A DNA stretch of 64,000 nucleotides from an uncultured Candidatus Saccharibacteria bacterium (GCA_964520495.1 CAZFMZ010000001.1:216734-280733); one strand, 5' to 3'. Shown: positions 39,211 to 47,883, counted from the first letter of the stretch. Numbers and translations are program-made. Notes: generated by a model not told the origin, from the sequence alone.

Positions 39211-39396
39211 TCAGGCCGCGACGCGCGCGTAGTGCGTGTGGCGGGCCGAGGCCTTGACGATGACCAGCCGCTTGGGCTGGGCAGGGTGGCGCTCGGCGGC
39301 CATGGCACAGGCTGCGTCCAGCGCTTTGCCGGATTCCTCCGGCATCGTGAAGGACGGGCCGGTGAAGAACTGCGTGATCCTCATGATGATGTTCAT
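39211..39396 (-). CDS. 61-aa hypothetical small protein
   Basis: The protein begins MNIIMRITQFFTGPSFTMPEESGK. The SD sequence GGGAGG lies 10 nt upstream, and almost every codon ends in G/C. Confidence 0.5.
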   Translation of the reverse strand: MNIIMRITQFFTGPSFTMPEESGKALDAACAMAAERHPAQPKRLVIVKASARHTHYARVAA

Positions 39397-39456
39397 TCTG
39401 GGTATTCCTCCCGAAAGACCAGGGATTGCTCCCTTTGGACACCGTGTCCGCTGCGC

Positions 39457-39485
39457 ACTATACGCCCATCGGCGCCTCATGACAA
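39457..39485 (-). promoter_or_regulatory. Promoter TTGTCA-17-TATAGT
   Basis: It was read on the minus strand, just after the clpP stop. Confidence 0.5.
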
Positions 39486-39490
39486 GCGCC

Positions 39491-40114
39491 TTAGGCGTTT
39501 GTGACGACTTTATCGGCCAGACCGTATTCGACGGATTCGGTGGCGCTCATCCAGAAATCACGGTCGACGTCTTTTTCGATCTTTGACAGACGTTGGCCGG
39601 TGTTCTTTGCCAGTATCTCGTTGAGACGCTTCTTGAGGTAGATACCCTCGCGCAAGGTAATTTCCTGATCGGAGATTTTTCCCTGGGTGCCGCTGGAGGG
39701 CTGGTGAATCATCACGCGTGAGTTCGGTAACAGGAAACGCTTCCCCTTCTTGCCAGAGGATAACAGGAATGCGCCCATGCTGGCCTGTAAACCGATACCA
39801 TACGTGGCAACATCAGGCTTGATGAATTGCATGGTGTCAAAGATAGCCAAACCGTCGTACACGCTGCCGCCAGGACTGTTGATATACAGGGATATGTCCT
39901 TGGTTGGGTCTTCATACGCCAGATGGAGCAACTGGGCGACTACCAGGTTTGCCGTATGCTCGTTCACCTCTTCTCCAAGGAAAATGATACGTTCCTTGAG
40001 TAACCGCGAATAAATGTCGAACGCCCGCTCGCCTTGGGGTGAGCTTTCGATGACCGTCGGTACGAGATAGTTCGAGGGTGTCTTCATACCCTCAGTATAC
40101 TCATAAGCTGGCAC
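39491..40114 (-). CDS. clpP: ATP-dependent Clp protease proteolytic subunit
   Basis: The protein contains [11 protein letters not shown] (Ser) and RVMIHQP (His). The start is either GTG 40114 or ATG 40087. Confidence 0.95.
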   Translation of the reverse strand: MPAYEYTEGMKTPSNYLVPTVIESSPQGERAFDIYSRLLKERIIFLGEEVNEHTANLVVAQLLHLAYEDPTKDISLYINSPGGSVYDGLAIFDTMQFIKPDVATYGIGLQASMGAFLLSSGKKGKRFLLPNSRVMIHQPSSGTQGKISDQEITLREGIYLKKRLNEILAKNTGQRLSKIEKDVDRDFWMSATESVEYGLADKVVTNA

Positions 40115-40138
40115 TCCTGCAAATAGAGTGCCAGTTCG

Positions 40139-40315
40139 TTACTCTCCCAAATCGTGTTCTACGACATTTTGACTGCGGAGACGCTTGAGCATACGGTCGT
40201 CAAGATGCTTGGCTAGTAAGGCAGCCGCGCCGAGTGCCGCGACATCGACTGCCCAATCGCGGACACGCCGCTCCTTGGCTGCCGACAGCAAACGTTCGAG
40301 TGAGGGGCGCGGCAT
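40139..40315 (-). CDS. Possible 58-aa ORF between tig and clpP
   Basis: My translation begins MPRPSLERLLSAAKERRVRDWAVDVAALGAAALLAKHLDD. There is no clear SD sequence. Confidence 0.25.
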   Translation of the reverse strand: MPRPSLERLLSAAKERRVRDWAVDVAALGAAALLAKHLDDRMLKRLRSQNVVEHDLGE

Positions 40316-40326
40316 GCCGATACGAC

Positions 40327-41613
40327 CTACGAGTTCAGTTCTACGAGTCGCTCCACCGTCTTCTCGGTCAGCAGGCGGTTAGCGATATCACGTTGGGCTT
40401 CGGGTTCCTCGAAACGCTTCACCATGTCGGGATTGTTGGCATATTGCTGCTTGTAGAGGTTGATGTGCTCAGCAAGCTCTTCGCTGGAGGCTTCGATTTT
40501 CTCAACTTTGCTGAGCTCGGCAAGTACCAGGCCTGCCTTGACCCGTTTCTCAGCGGCGGGCAGGACCTCTTTGCTACGCCACTCTTCTTTGTCCTTGAAC
40601 TGCTTGTTCTTGACGTACTGCTCGATAGTCAGACCTTGGTACATCAGGTTCTGTGTCATATCGGTTTCAATCGAACGGGCCTGGTCTTCCACCAGGATCT
40701 GGGGGGTTGGAATATCGGATAGCTCGATCAACTTCGAAACTAGTTCGTCCTTAAGAGCATCGGCCGCTTCGCGTTCCTTCTGTGCCGTCAGTTCTTTCTT
40801 GATGTCGCCCTTCAGTTCTTTCAGGGTCGCCAGTCGGCTGTCAGCTTTTTTGGCGAAGTCATCATCAAGCGCCGGCTTTACCAGTTCCTGCACCTTCTTG
40901 AGCGTCGTCGTGAACGTCACGTTGGCGCCAGCGAGGTCTTCGACATGGTAGTCCGCCGGGAATGATAAGTTGAGGTCGAAGGTGTCACCAGGCTTTTTGC
41001 CGACGATACCAGCTTCGAATCCCGGAATGAATGAGTTTGAGCCGAGCTTCAAGGCATAATCAGTCGCGGTGCCACCGTCGAAGGCGACGTCGCCCTTCTT
41101 GCCGACGAAATCGATGATGACTTCGTCGCCGTCAGCTGCGGGCCGGTCGACTGCCTGCTTCTCGCCCATGCCCTCGCGCATACGCTCGAGAATTTCAGCG
41201 ACGTCAGCCGCTTCAACTTTGACAGGTTTCTGGGTAACGCCGAGCTTCTTGTAGTCACCGAGCGTTACCTTCGGGAGGATGTCTGCTTCGGCTGTGAATT
41301 CAGCTTCCTGGCCAGGCACGAATTTTACCAGCTCGACTTCCGGACGCTGCAAGGCCTGGATGTCTTCGGCCATGAATGCTTCGGCGACGGCCTTGGATAT
41401 GGCGTCATCGGCCGTCTGCTGCGCCAGCAGGTTTGGATCGACGTGTTTCGCCGCCACGCTGACCGGCACCTTACCTTTACGGAACCCGGCGACTTTCAGG
41501 TCACGGGCTAGTTTACTGAGCGCGACCTGTTCGGCCGCTTCGAGCTCGGGCTTGCCGAGCGTGATGGTCAGTTTGACCTTGGTCTTCGAGAGATGTTCTA
41601 CTGTCGTCTTCAT
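40327..41613 (-). CDS. tig: Trigger factor
   Basis: This is a 428-aa protein beginning MKTTVEHLSKTKVKLTITL, with a central PPIase-like region containing GFRKGKVP. It lies upstream of clpP. Confidence 0.93.
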   Translation of the reverse strand: MKTTVEHLSKTKVKLTITLGKPELEAAEQVALSKLARDLKVAGFRKGKVPVSVAAKHVDPNLLAQQTADDAISKAVAEAFMAEDIQALQRPEVELVKFVPGQEAEFTAEADILPKVTLGDYKKLGVTQKPVKVEAADVAEILERMREGMGEKQAVDRPAADGDEVIIDFVGKKGDVAFDGGTATDYALKLGSNSFIPGFEAGIVGKKPGDTFDLNLSFPADYHVEDLAGANVTFTTTLKKVQELVKPALDDDFAKKADSRLATLKELKGDIKKELTAQKEREAADALKDELVSKLIELSDIPTPQILVEDQARSIETDMTQNLMYQGLTIEQYVKNKQFKDKEEWRSKEVLPAAEKRVKAGLVLAELSKVEKIEASSEELAEHINLYKQQYANNPDMVKRFEEPEAQRDIANRLLTEKTVERLVELNS

Positions 41614-41640
41614 ACAAACGACCAGTATAACAGAGATAAA

Positions 41641-42981
41641 CTAGGCGAACAACTCGTCGGCGTCACCTTTACCGACGCGGCGGCGATCCTTAATACGGGT
41701 GACCAGCCGCTCGAAGCTCAGTTTCTCTTCTTCCCCGCTCACCGTATCTTTCAGGTTAAATGACCCGGCAGAAAGATCATCACTGCCGACGAATATCATG
41801 AACGGGATACGCTTCTTGATGGCGGTCTTAATCTGCTTATCAATCTTACGGTCAGTGAAATCGAGTTCGATATTGACGCCTTCTTCGCGCAGGCGGTGAG
41901 CCAAACCGTAGGCTCCCTCTAACTGCTCGCTGCCGAGAACGATCATGTAGGCTTCGGTCGTCGAAGGCAGCTCAGGCAATAAGCCGTGTGTCTCCAGGAA
42001 TAATTCGGTCATCGACAAGCCAGGAGCCATGCCGACCGCGCTTAGCGGTTCGGCGCCAAAGAGACCCACCAGGCCATCATAGCGCCCACCCCCGAACATC
42101 GCCCGGTTATTGTCGGGGTGCGTGTCGTAAAATTCAAACACCGTCCCCGTGTAGTAGTCGAAGCCGCGCATCAGGGAGATATCAAAGGCTACGTTGGTGA
42201 TACCGCGGGTTTTCAGCAGCCCACTCAGCCGAGTCAGCTCACCTGCAGCCTCGCTCTCACGTAGTTCGCGAGGCAAGTCAGCAAGTTCCTTCGCGACGAC
42301 CAGTTTCGCAATCCGCCCCAATCCCTCGGCCGCGTTGTCAGTGCCGAATATTTCGATAGCCTGGTCGCGGAACTGTTCGTTGGAAATCTTCGCCTTGCGG
42401 TCGAACAGGCGTGCCATCAGTTGCGCCTGGATCGGGTCCAGCTTCAGGTATTCACGCATCATCACGTCGATCAGGCGGCGGTCGTTCAGCTTGATAACGA
42501 ACATGTCGTCGCTTGCACCAAATTCTTTCATCATCTGCCAGCCTGCCTGAATAATTTCAGCATCTGCCTGGACGCCTGTGGCACCGAAAAGGTCAACGTT
42601 TAGCTGCCAAAACTCGCGTTCGCGGCCGCGCTGGGGTCGCTCGTAGCGCATGAAATTCGCAATTGAGAAAAGTCGCGCGGGATAGGCCATCTCTTGGCGG
42701 CGACCAGCCACCATACGTGAGATGGACGGCGTCATCTCAGGGCGAATCACCACTTCACGATTGCCTCGGTCACTGAAGCGGTAGGTCTGCTCTCCGACCA
42801 ACTCCTGACCACTCTTGGCAGCATATACCTCAAGCGGTTCCAGCATTGGTGCACCATACTCCTCATAGCCGAAACGGTGGGCGGTCCGACGCCAGACGCG
42901 AAAGATATAGTCCTGGACCCGCTTATCGGCGGGATAGTAGTCGCGGGTACCTTTGTAGGGATCAGTCGACAGAGAGCTCAT
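41641..42981 (-). CDS. hisS: Histidine--tRNA ligase
   Basis: The protein contains GTRDYYP, RPEMTPS, RYERPQRGREREFWQ and GGGRYDGL. ATG 42981 is preferred because it follows TTGCCC-17-(TGt)CACAAT. The ORF extends to 43008. Confidence 0.93.
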   Translation of the reverse strand: MSSLSTDPYKGTRDYYPADKRVQDYIFRVWRRTAHRFGYEEYGAPMLEPLEVYAAKSGQELVGEQTYRFSDRGNREVVIRPEMTPSISRMVAGRRQEMAYPARLFSIANFMRYERPQRGREREFWQLNVDLFGATGVQADAEIIQAGWQMMKEFGASDDMFVIKLNDRRLIDVMMREYLKLDPIQAQLMARLFDRKAKISNEQFRDQAIEIFGTDNAAEGLGRIAKLVVAKELADLPRELRESEAAGELTRLSGLLKTRGITNVAFDISLMRGFDYYTGTVFEFYDTHPDNNRAMFGGGRYDGLVGLFGAEPLSAVGMAPGLSMTELFLETHGLLPELPSTTEAYMIVLGSEQLEGAYGLAHRLREEGVNIELDFTDRKIDKQIKTAIKKRIPFMIFVGSDDLSAGSFNLKDTVSGEEEKLSFERLVTRIKDRRRVGKGDADELFA

Positions 42982-43033
42982 ACGTGCTATGATTGTGACA
43001 CTTTTCACCCCTTAGGGCAAGCATAGCCGTGTT

Positions 43034-43612
43034 TTACCTGTGACGCTGTCGTTCAATCAGCTCAAGTGTTTCCACTGCCAAGAGCGGTGAACCGGTTTCA
43101 AGTGCCTGGGTAAGTTGATCGCGTGCCTCTTGGAGCCCAGCTGGCTGCTTAAGGCGCTCGGCCGAAATGCCGAACCCCACACGCACGGTACGGTCAGGAT
43201 CAAGAAAGACCGTATCGTGAAGAGCCCGGGCGGTTAGCTCATCAACCACTACCCCGAGGCGGATTAGCATGCCGGGTTGGCGATCAGGTAGTAGCTTAAA
43301 CTCAGCCTTAGGAAGGAGAAGTCGCTGACCGTTCGCCCTGTGACGCAAACTTGCGTGCAGGCCATCAACCCGCTGAAGGTCCGAAGCCGCCGCCGAGGTA
43401 TCGTCATCGTGCCAGCGGTGCCCGCCGTGATGGTAGAGCATCCCTGCCTCAGAGTACAAAAAAAGGGCCGCTTGGCCCATGCGTGCCGCGAACGGCGGAG
43501 TTTGGAAGTCTGCAAGATGGTCACGCAGCGCCTCGTTGGCAGCAAACCGTAACCGAGCGACGTAATCGGGTGCGTCGCCAGGTCCGCTATAGGACGTTCG
43601 TGCTTCGCTCAT
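43034..43612 (-). CDS. 192-aa orphan protein (His-rich patch YHHGGHRWHDDD)
   Basis: It has a clean ORF and a leaderless-type start. I recognise no family. Confidence 0.5.
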   Translation of the reverse strand: MSEARTSYSGPGDAPDYVARLRFAANEALRDHLADFQTPPFAARMGQAALFLYSEAGMLYHHGGHRWHDDDTSAAASDLQRVDGLHASLRHRANGQRLLLPKAEFKLLPDRQPGMLIRLGVVVDELTARALHDTVFLDPDRTVRVGFGISAERLKQPAGLQEARDQLTQALETGSPLLAVETLELIERQRHR

Positions 43613-43618
43613 AGCTTC

Positions 43619-43647
43619 AGTATGAAACCTTCCTCGCTACTCGTCAA
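43619..43647 (-). promoter_or_regulatory. Promoter TTGACG-17-CATACT, with the ATG 6 nt downstream
   Basis: It was read on the minus strand. Confidence 0.4.
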
Positions 43648-43667
43648 GGTGTGGCGGCCCTGCAGGG

Positions 43668-44210
43668 TTAGGCATGGAACGCAGTCACAGGCAGTGGCTG
43701 CCAATCGCGCAGGGTCACGGTAACGATATGACGGCAGAGAATACGCGTATCATCGTAAAGGGAGGACCTCGGTAGCGCATCGATATCAGCCAGGCTCAGC
43801 CAGCGCAGATCGGTCGACTCTCCCGATGCCGGTACACGAAGCGGTTCGCTCGTCGTGACGAACGCATAAGCTGAGTCGGTATGATGATGGGGCACCCCGC
43901 CGTTATCGATTTCATGGGTATTGACGATGCACGGAATCGGATGAATGGTTTCTCCTGGGAGTTCCGTCAACATGCCGACAGGTTGCAACACGTCGAGCTG
44001 ATCGAGTCGGTAGCCGGTTTCCTCCAGCAATTCATGCGCGATTGCCTGCCAAGGGTTTTCGTGTAGCTCAACGTGCCCGCCCGGTTGAAGCAGCTTGTTG
44101 AACTTTTTATGCATATGCAAGAGAATTTTCGGTTGTTCGTCTACCATCCGAATGATAAACGCGCTGACGGTCGTATCGTGCTGACCAGCACCGGTGTGGA
44201 TATGAGGCAT
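43668..44210 (-). CDS. NUDIX hydrolase
   Basis: The Nudix box reads GGHVELHENPWQAIAHELLEETG. The ORF track's N-terminus (AELVDALASG...) is read-through of the tRNA gene. Confidence 0.8.
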   Translation of the reverse strand: MPHIHTGAGQHDTTVSAFIIRMVDEQPKILLHMHKKFNKLLQPGGHVELHENPWQAIAHELLEETGYRLDQLDVLQPVGMLTELPGETIHPIPCIVNTHEIDNGGVPHHHTDSAYAFVTTSEPLRVPASGESTDLRWLSLADIDALPRSSLYDDTRILCRHIVTVTLRDWQPLPVTAFHA

Positions 44211-44229
44211 ACCTGGTAGTGTAGCAAAC

Positions 44230-44251
44230 AAAAAAGACCTCGGAAGGTCTT
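44230..44251 (-). terminator. Hairpin plus T-run after tRNA-Leu(CAG)
   Basis: The stem aagacct/aggtctt has loop tccg and is followed by TTTT. Confidence 0.55.
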
Positions 44252-44258
44252 CTTTACT

Positions 44259-44345
44259 TGGTACACGAGAGAGGACTTGAACCTCCACGTCCCGAAGGAC
44301 ACTAGCACCTGAAGCTAGCGCGTCTACCAATTCCGCCACTCGTGC
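44259..44345 (-). tRNA. tRNA-Leu (anticodon CAG), CCA encoded
   Basis: The sequence is GCACGAGTGGCGGAATTGGTAGACGCGCTAGCTTCAGGTGCTAGT...GGAGGTTCAAGTCCTCTCTCGTGTACCA. It has a long variable arm and closely resembles E. coli tRNA-Leu(CAG). Confidence 0.9.
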
Positions 44346-44387
44346 TCGTGTGTTACTCACCCATTATACAGGAAACCGGGCGAGTGC

Positions 44388-45998
44388 CTAGAATTTCGCC
44401 AAATGATCGGTCGCCGACGGACCGTGGTACGTGCCCCGCAGCTGCTTGGCTAATTCACGCACGTCTGACGGTTGCTTGACGCCAGGATTAAGGATTCCGT
44501 GCGGATCGAAAATCGCTTTGATCTTACGATACAGTTCGGCCAGCTCGTCATGCTCGCTCCGCAAAGCGGCAGCGAAGCGACCTTCACCGCCGGCCCCGAA
44601 GGCACTACCACGATATTTCTCAACCAGTGTCAGGAGTTCGGCTGAGAGCTTGATCAGCTTCTGCTTGTCGCCGACCGTCGAGAGACGCAATGTCGGGCGC
44701 ACGTACCATAGCTCATCAAGCGGGCGGCCATACAGCGCCAGACTGACATGATGCTTCTTGGCGAGTTCATCAAGCGTACGACTGAAGTCCTCGAAGCGTG
44801 CCGTCGGTACGTACAATCCATCGAGCAAAGGTGGGGCCGACAGCTCACCCTGATCAGGGTTCAATGCCCAGTAAGTAACTGAACCGAGAGCACGTAAATC
44901 ACTGTTGATCAGGTCAGTCGTACTGACTATATGCGGCGCCAGCGGCTTGAAGCGAGCGAGAACTTTCTTCATCTTCTTTGCCCGGGCGCGTTCGTTGAAG
45001 TCATTGATGGTGACGATAAGGGTCGCAGCGACGGTACCAAGCGACTCCTTGGCCTCATCGAAGAAGCCGAACGTCTTGCCTGCTTTCGCGGCCGCTTCCA
45101 GATACGCGGTATCGACATACTCTACCCAGGTGACATCGAGTTCGTCCAGGATATCGATGGCGTCGTGGGCCTGGCTGGTCGTGGCGAACGACGCTACGAT
45201 GAGCGTCGGGCTCTGATTGACGAAATCCGCCTTCAGAATCATTTCGGAAATGATACCCAACGTACCTTGGGTACCTAGGAACAGGGGCGCCAAGTCGAGG
45301 GAACCGTCGCGTTCTTTCACCTGCTCGATACCGGCGTAGCCTTCGTGTTCGATGCGCTCGTCATCATGCTGCAGCTCATCAATCAGCTGCTGGTTATCCT
45401 CAATTAACGCGTCGACGGCCCGGTAGATATCAGCCTCGAAGCCTGTCTTTCCCTTCATCTTTGTCAGCTCCCGCTTCGACAATCGGCGGGTTTGCAATAC
45501 GTCACCGCTGGCAAGGACGATTTCCAACTGATCGACGCATTCAGCGGCCAGGCGCGTACTGGCCAGTACTCCGCCGACGGTCGCCCGGGCATGCTCCCAG
45601 TGCAACTCCGGCACAGCCGTACCGTGCAGGGCAAGTGCATTCCGGAGCGAGGAGACCGTCACGCCGGGTTGCAGGCGCACCAGTTTCTGACGGGCATCAT
45701 ATTCGAAGATATGGTCCATGTGACTGCCAGTGGCGACGACTAGACCGGTACCGATAGCGCCGCCCGACGTGTCCGTGCCTGCGCCGCGCGTAATCAACGG
45801 GAGTGAATGTCCTTTCTCTGCCAGCTGCCAGGCAAACCGGGCCGCTTTGCGGATGTCGCTGGTGGAGCGAGGAAAGGCTACCATCTCAGGTACATGCGTC
45901 AGGGTACTGCCGTCGGTCGCGAAGGCAGCGCGCACGGCTGGGTTGGTTACTACCTCTCCAATGATGTGCGTGTTCAAATAGTGTGCGATCTTGTTCAT
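44388..45998 (-). CDS. FAD-binding (PCMH/GlcD-type) oxidoreductase
   Basis: The FAD-binding motif is ITRGAGTDTSGGAIG. The start MNKIAHYLN was chosen because the longer ORF runs into the tRNA gene. Confidence 0.78.
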   Translation of the reverse strand: MNKIAHYLNTHIIGEVVTNPAVRAAFATDGSTLTHVPEMVAFPRSTSDIRKAARFAWQLAEKGHSLPLITRGAGTDTSGGAIGTGLVVATGSHMDHIFEYDARQKLVRLQPGVTVSSLRNALALHGTAVPELHWEHARATVGGVLASTRLAAECVDQLEIVLASGDVLQTRRLSKRELTKMKGKTGFEADIYRAVDALIEDNQQLIDELQHDDERIEHEGYAGIEQVKERDGSLDLAPLFLGTQGTLGIISEMILKADFVNQSPTLIVASFATTSQAHDAIDILDELDVTWVEYVDTAYLEAAAKAGKTFGFFDEAKESLGTVAATLIVTINDFNERARAKKMKKVLARFKPLAPHIVSTTDLINSDLRALGSVTYWALNPDQGELSAPPLLDGLYVPTARFEDFSRTLDELAKKHHVSLALYGRPLDELWYVRPTLRLSTVGDKQKLIKLSAELLTLVEKYRGSAFGAGGEGRFAAALRSEHDELAELYRKIKAIFDPHGILNPGVKQPSDVRELAKQLRGTYHGPSATDHLAKF

Positions 45999-46028
45999 GC
46001 AGTGCCCCGTCGTGATTGCTTTGGATAT

Positions 46029-46037
46029 ATCATAGCA
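46029..46037 (-). promoter_or_regulatory. Extended -10 promoter TGcTATGAT for the FAD oxidase gene
   Basis: It was read on the minus strand, about 30 nt upstream of ATG 45998. Confidence 0.4.
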
Positions 46038-46078
46038 CAAGCGGTACCCTCCACCGACTTTATCTGTTGGCGTTGGTT

Positions 46079-46087
46079 TGCTATAGT
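46079..46087 (+). promoter_or_regulatory. Extended -10 promoter TGcTATAGT for tRNA-Leu(UAG)
   Basis: It lies 19 nt upstream of the mature tRNA 5' end. Confidence 0.45.
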
Positions 46088-46106
46088 GATGAGGCACCGA
46101 TTTTAC

Positions 46107-46191
46107 GCGCGAGTGGTGGAATTGGTAGACACGCATGCCTTAGGAGCATGTGCCTTCGGGCGTGGAGGTTCAAGTCCTCTCTCGCGTACCA
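46107..46191 (+). tRNA. tRNA-Leu (anticodon UAG), CCA encoded
   Basis: The sequence is GCGCGAGTGGTGGAATTGGTAGACACGCATGCCTTAGGAGCATGT...GGAGGTTCAAGTCCTCTCTCGCGTACCA. Confidence 0.9.
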
Positions 46192-46194
46192 ACG

Positions 46195-46220
46195 AAAAAC
46201 GCCGCAATAGCGGCGTTTTT
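46195..46220. terminator. Bidirectional intrinsic terminator
   Basis: The hairpin is aaaaacgccgc-aata-gcggcgttttt. Confidence 0.75.
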
Positions 46221-46240
46221 CGTATTCACGTGACAGCTGG

Positions 46241-46510
46241 TTATTCAGCCAGAGCGGCATCAATCTCACTGGTATCAAGCTCGCTTTCGACATCAGTGGC
46301 GCTGACAAATTCTTCGGCGTCCTTCAGGTCATCACTCTCTTTTACTTCTGGTGGGTTGGAGGATTGACTCGTCTTGGAGGCTTCGTCAGATTGCGCTTGC
46401 ATCGCTTCATACGCCCGCCATCCTAGAAACCCGAGGAGGGCGATGACGGCGACGACCAACAGGATTTCAACGGCCGAGAAGCCGCGCGGCATGGTTGTAT
46501 ACTTACTCAT
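46241..46510 (-). CDS. Small type IV prepilin-like protein (cassette B)
   Basis: It has a class III signal, MSKYTTMPRG|FSAVEILLVVAVIALLG, with Glu at +5. The C-terminal tail is acidic. It overlaps the upstream gene by 8 nt. Confidence 0.65.
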   Translation of the reverse strand: MSKYTTMPRGFSAVEILLVVAVIALLGFLGWRAYEAMQAQSDEASKTSQSSNPPEVKESDDLKDAEEFVSATDVESELDTSEIDAALAE

Positions 46511-47186
46511 TGTCGGATCCTCCTTCAGGACTACTGGTGTCGTTCGTCCGGCTGCTCTGGCTCGCCTCAGTACCCGAGTCCTGTTCAACCGCTGCGGCGG
46601 CACGCATGGCGCTAATCAATGCGACCAATGTTTTCTTGTACCCCATCAGTGATTCCCGTGCATCCTGAACGGCTAGTCGATAACCGTCAAGCTGCTGACC
46701 AACGCGAGGGTTCTCGCAGTCAAGCTCAAAACTCTGACTTTCGATACTGGCTACCGAAGCAGCTGCATTCGTCTTGGCAAGCTCGACGGAGGCGGCCAGT
46801 TCGTCATAGTTTGCGACGGTCAGCTGACCTTTTTCGTAAAAGGTCGAGACACGTCCATATACGGTATCCATCGAGTTCAGGACAGAGGTCGCACCTTGAG
46901 CCAAGCGGGGCATCACCCGTGTGAGGTTCTGCTGTCGCCTTTCACACACTTTCTCCTTTATCTCCGCACGGCGCTCTTTCACTTTTTGCTGCAGTTCAGC
47001 TCGGCGCTCTTCGACTGATGCCATCCGTTCCTGGGCACGAGCCTCGGTGTGTTCGCGTGGTTGCGTCACGGCCGGACGTACCGTTACCTCGTTCTCCCCA
47101 CGGTCCGTAGGTTGGGCCAACACCGCTACGGGGGTGATACCCACAGCGATAGCGGCTGCTAAGGTTACCAATGAAGTCATTTTCAT
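46503..47186 (-). CDS. Secreted coiled-coil protein with two conserved Cys (cassette B)
   Basis: The signal peptide is MKMTSLVTLAAAIAVGITPVAVLA. It shares the blocks ERRAE(I/V)K, FY(E/D)xxQLT and F(E)xDC with 25182..25898. Confidence 0.65.
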   Translation of the reverse strand: MKMTSLVTLAAAIAVGITPVAVLAQPTDRGENEVTVRPAVTQPREHTEARAQERMASVEERRAELQQKVKERRAEIKEKVCERRQQNLTRVMPRLAQGATSVLNSMDTVYGRVSTFYEKGQLTVANYDELAASVELAKTNAAASVASIESQSFELDCENPRVGQQLDGYRLAVQDARESLMGYKKTLVALISAMRAAAAVEQDSGTEASQSSRTNDTSSPEGGSDNE

Positions 47187-47222
47187 GCACGTGTTCCTTT
47201 TTATTTAGGCTTTGCGTGCTTC

Positions 47223-47252
47223 TATATAAGCGTATGCACTATACCCTGTCAA
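47223..47252 (-). promoter_or_regulatory. Candidate promoter TTGACA-18-TATATA for cassette B
   Basis: It has a consensus -35 box, and the SD sequence AAAAGGAAC precedes the ATG. Confidence 0.4.
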
Positions 47253-47295
47253 ATGACCCCGCGATAAGGAGTTTCATCATCTTGCGGATAGGCCG

Positions 47296-47877
47296 CTAGC
47301 GTCGTCCAGCCACTTTAGCCCGTCTAATCACCTGACCAAGTTTTTCGTGAAGCAATTCGCAATCGGCCGGCGTCATGTTCTTCTCGTACGCTCGTCGTAC
47401 GCGATGCAAGGCGCCACTACTCCGCATAAGATCCGTCGTACCAGCATCGACATCTCGAACCGCCTTAACCTGCTTTGTTGCAATGATGAGATTACTCGCG
47501 ACCGCCCCAATAAAATATCGAGTCTGTATCTTTTTTTCACCTTTGTTATGTGGCATGCGGGAGCTGCGCGTCAGCAATATCTTCATTCGCCAAAGCTCTT
47601 CATCCTCATGGTGAAGCATTGCGCCGGCGAATATCATCGTATCGTTTAAGTCATCCGTTGGTCCTTGGGGTGCAAGGCTTCTGGCTGCAAAGGTCTTGTC
47701 TGAGTCAATCGTCAATATGGGTGTCTTCGGGTTCGTTGCATCAAAGAACTCATTTGCTACGACAGCGCGTAGTTCCGCAGCCTCGTCATAAGTAATCTCT
47801 GGTCCGTCGGCACCAAGTGACGGACCAACTTGGGTATAGCCACCAATCTGTCTTTGCTCCCGGGAACCGCCAAACAT
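47296..47877 (-). CDS. 193-aa orphan protein
   Basis: It has a clean ORF and a leaderless-type start. I recognise no family. Confidence 0.5.
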   Translation of the reverse strand: MFGGSREQRQIGGYTQVGPSLGADGPEITYDEAAELRAVVANEFFDATNPKTPILTIDSDKTFAARSLAPQGPTDDLNDTMIFAGAMLHHEDEELWRMKILLTRSSRMPHNKGEKKIQTRYFIGAVASNLIIATKQVKAVRDVDAGTTDLMRSSGALHRVRRAYEKNMTPADCELLHEKLGQVIRRAKVAGRR

Positions 47878-47883
47878 GGCGTC

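Noticed and set aside
39075-39586. Several overlapping 77-135-aa ORFs on both strands between rpoB and clpP.
   Set aside because: Only the 61-codon frame is flanked by a promoter, an SD sequence and a terminator. The others cross the hairpin or the clpP 3' end and have skewed composition.
44300-44312. Alternative reading of the first tRNA anticodon loop as UCA (a Sec/opal-suppressor-like tRNA).
   Set aside because: Shifting the stem by one base pair gives a proper 5-bp stem CTAGC/GCTAG and the loop TT-CAG-GT, with U33 and a purine at position 37. This indicates an ordinary tRNA-Leu(CAG). The long variable arm and the similarity to E. coli tRNA-Leu agree.
43668-44360. N-terminal extensions of ORF-track entries reading AELVDALASG.. 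or VVELVDTHALGA.. (also 44388..46136, 45807..46367 and 46016..46210).
   Set aside because: These peptides are the classic translation of tRNA-Leu genes. The real CDSs start downstream of the tRNAs (44210 and 45998).
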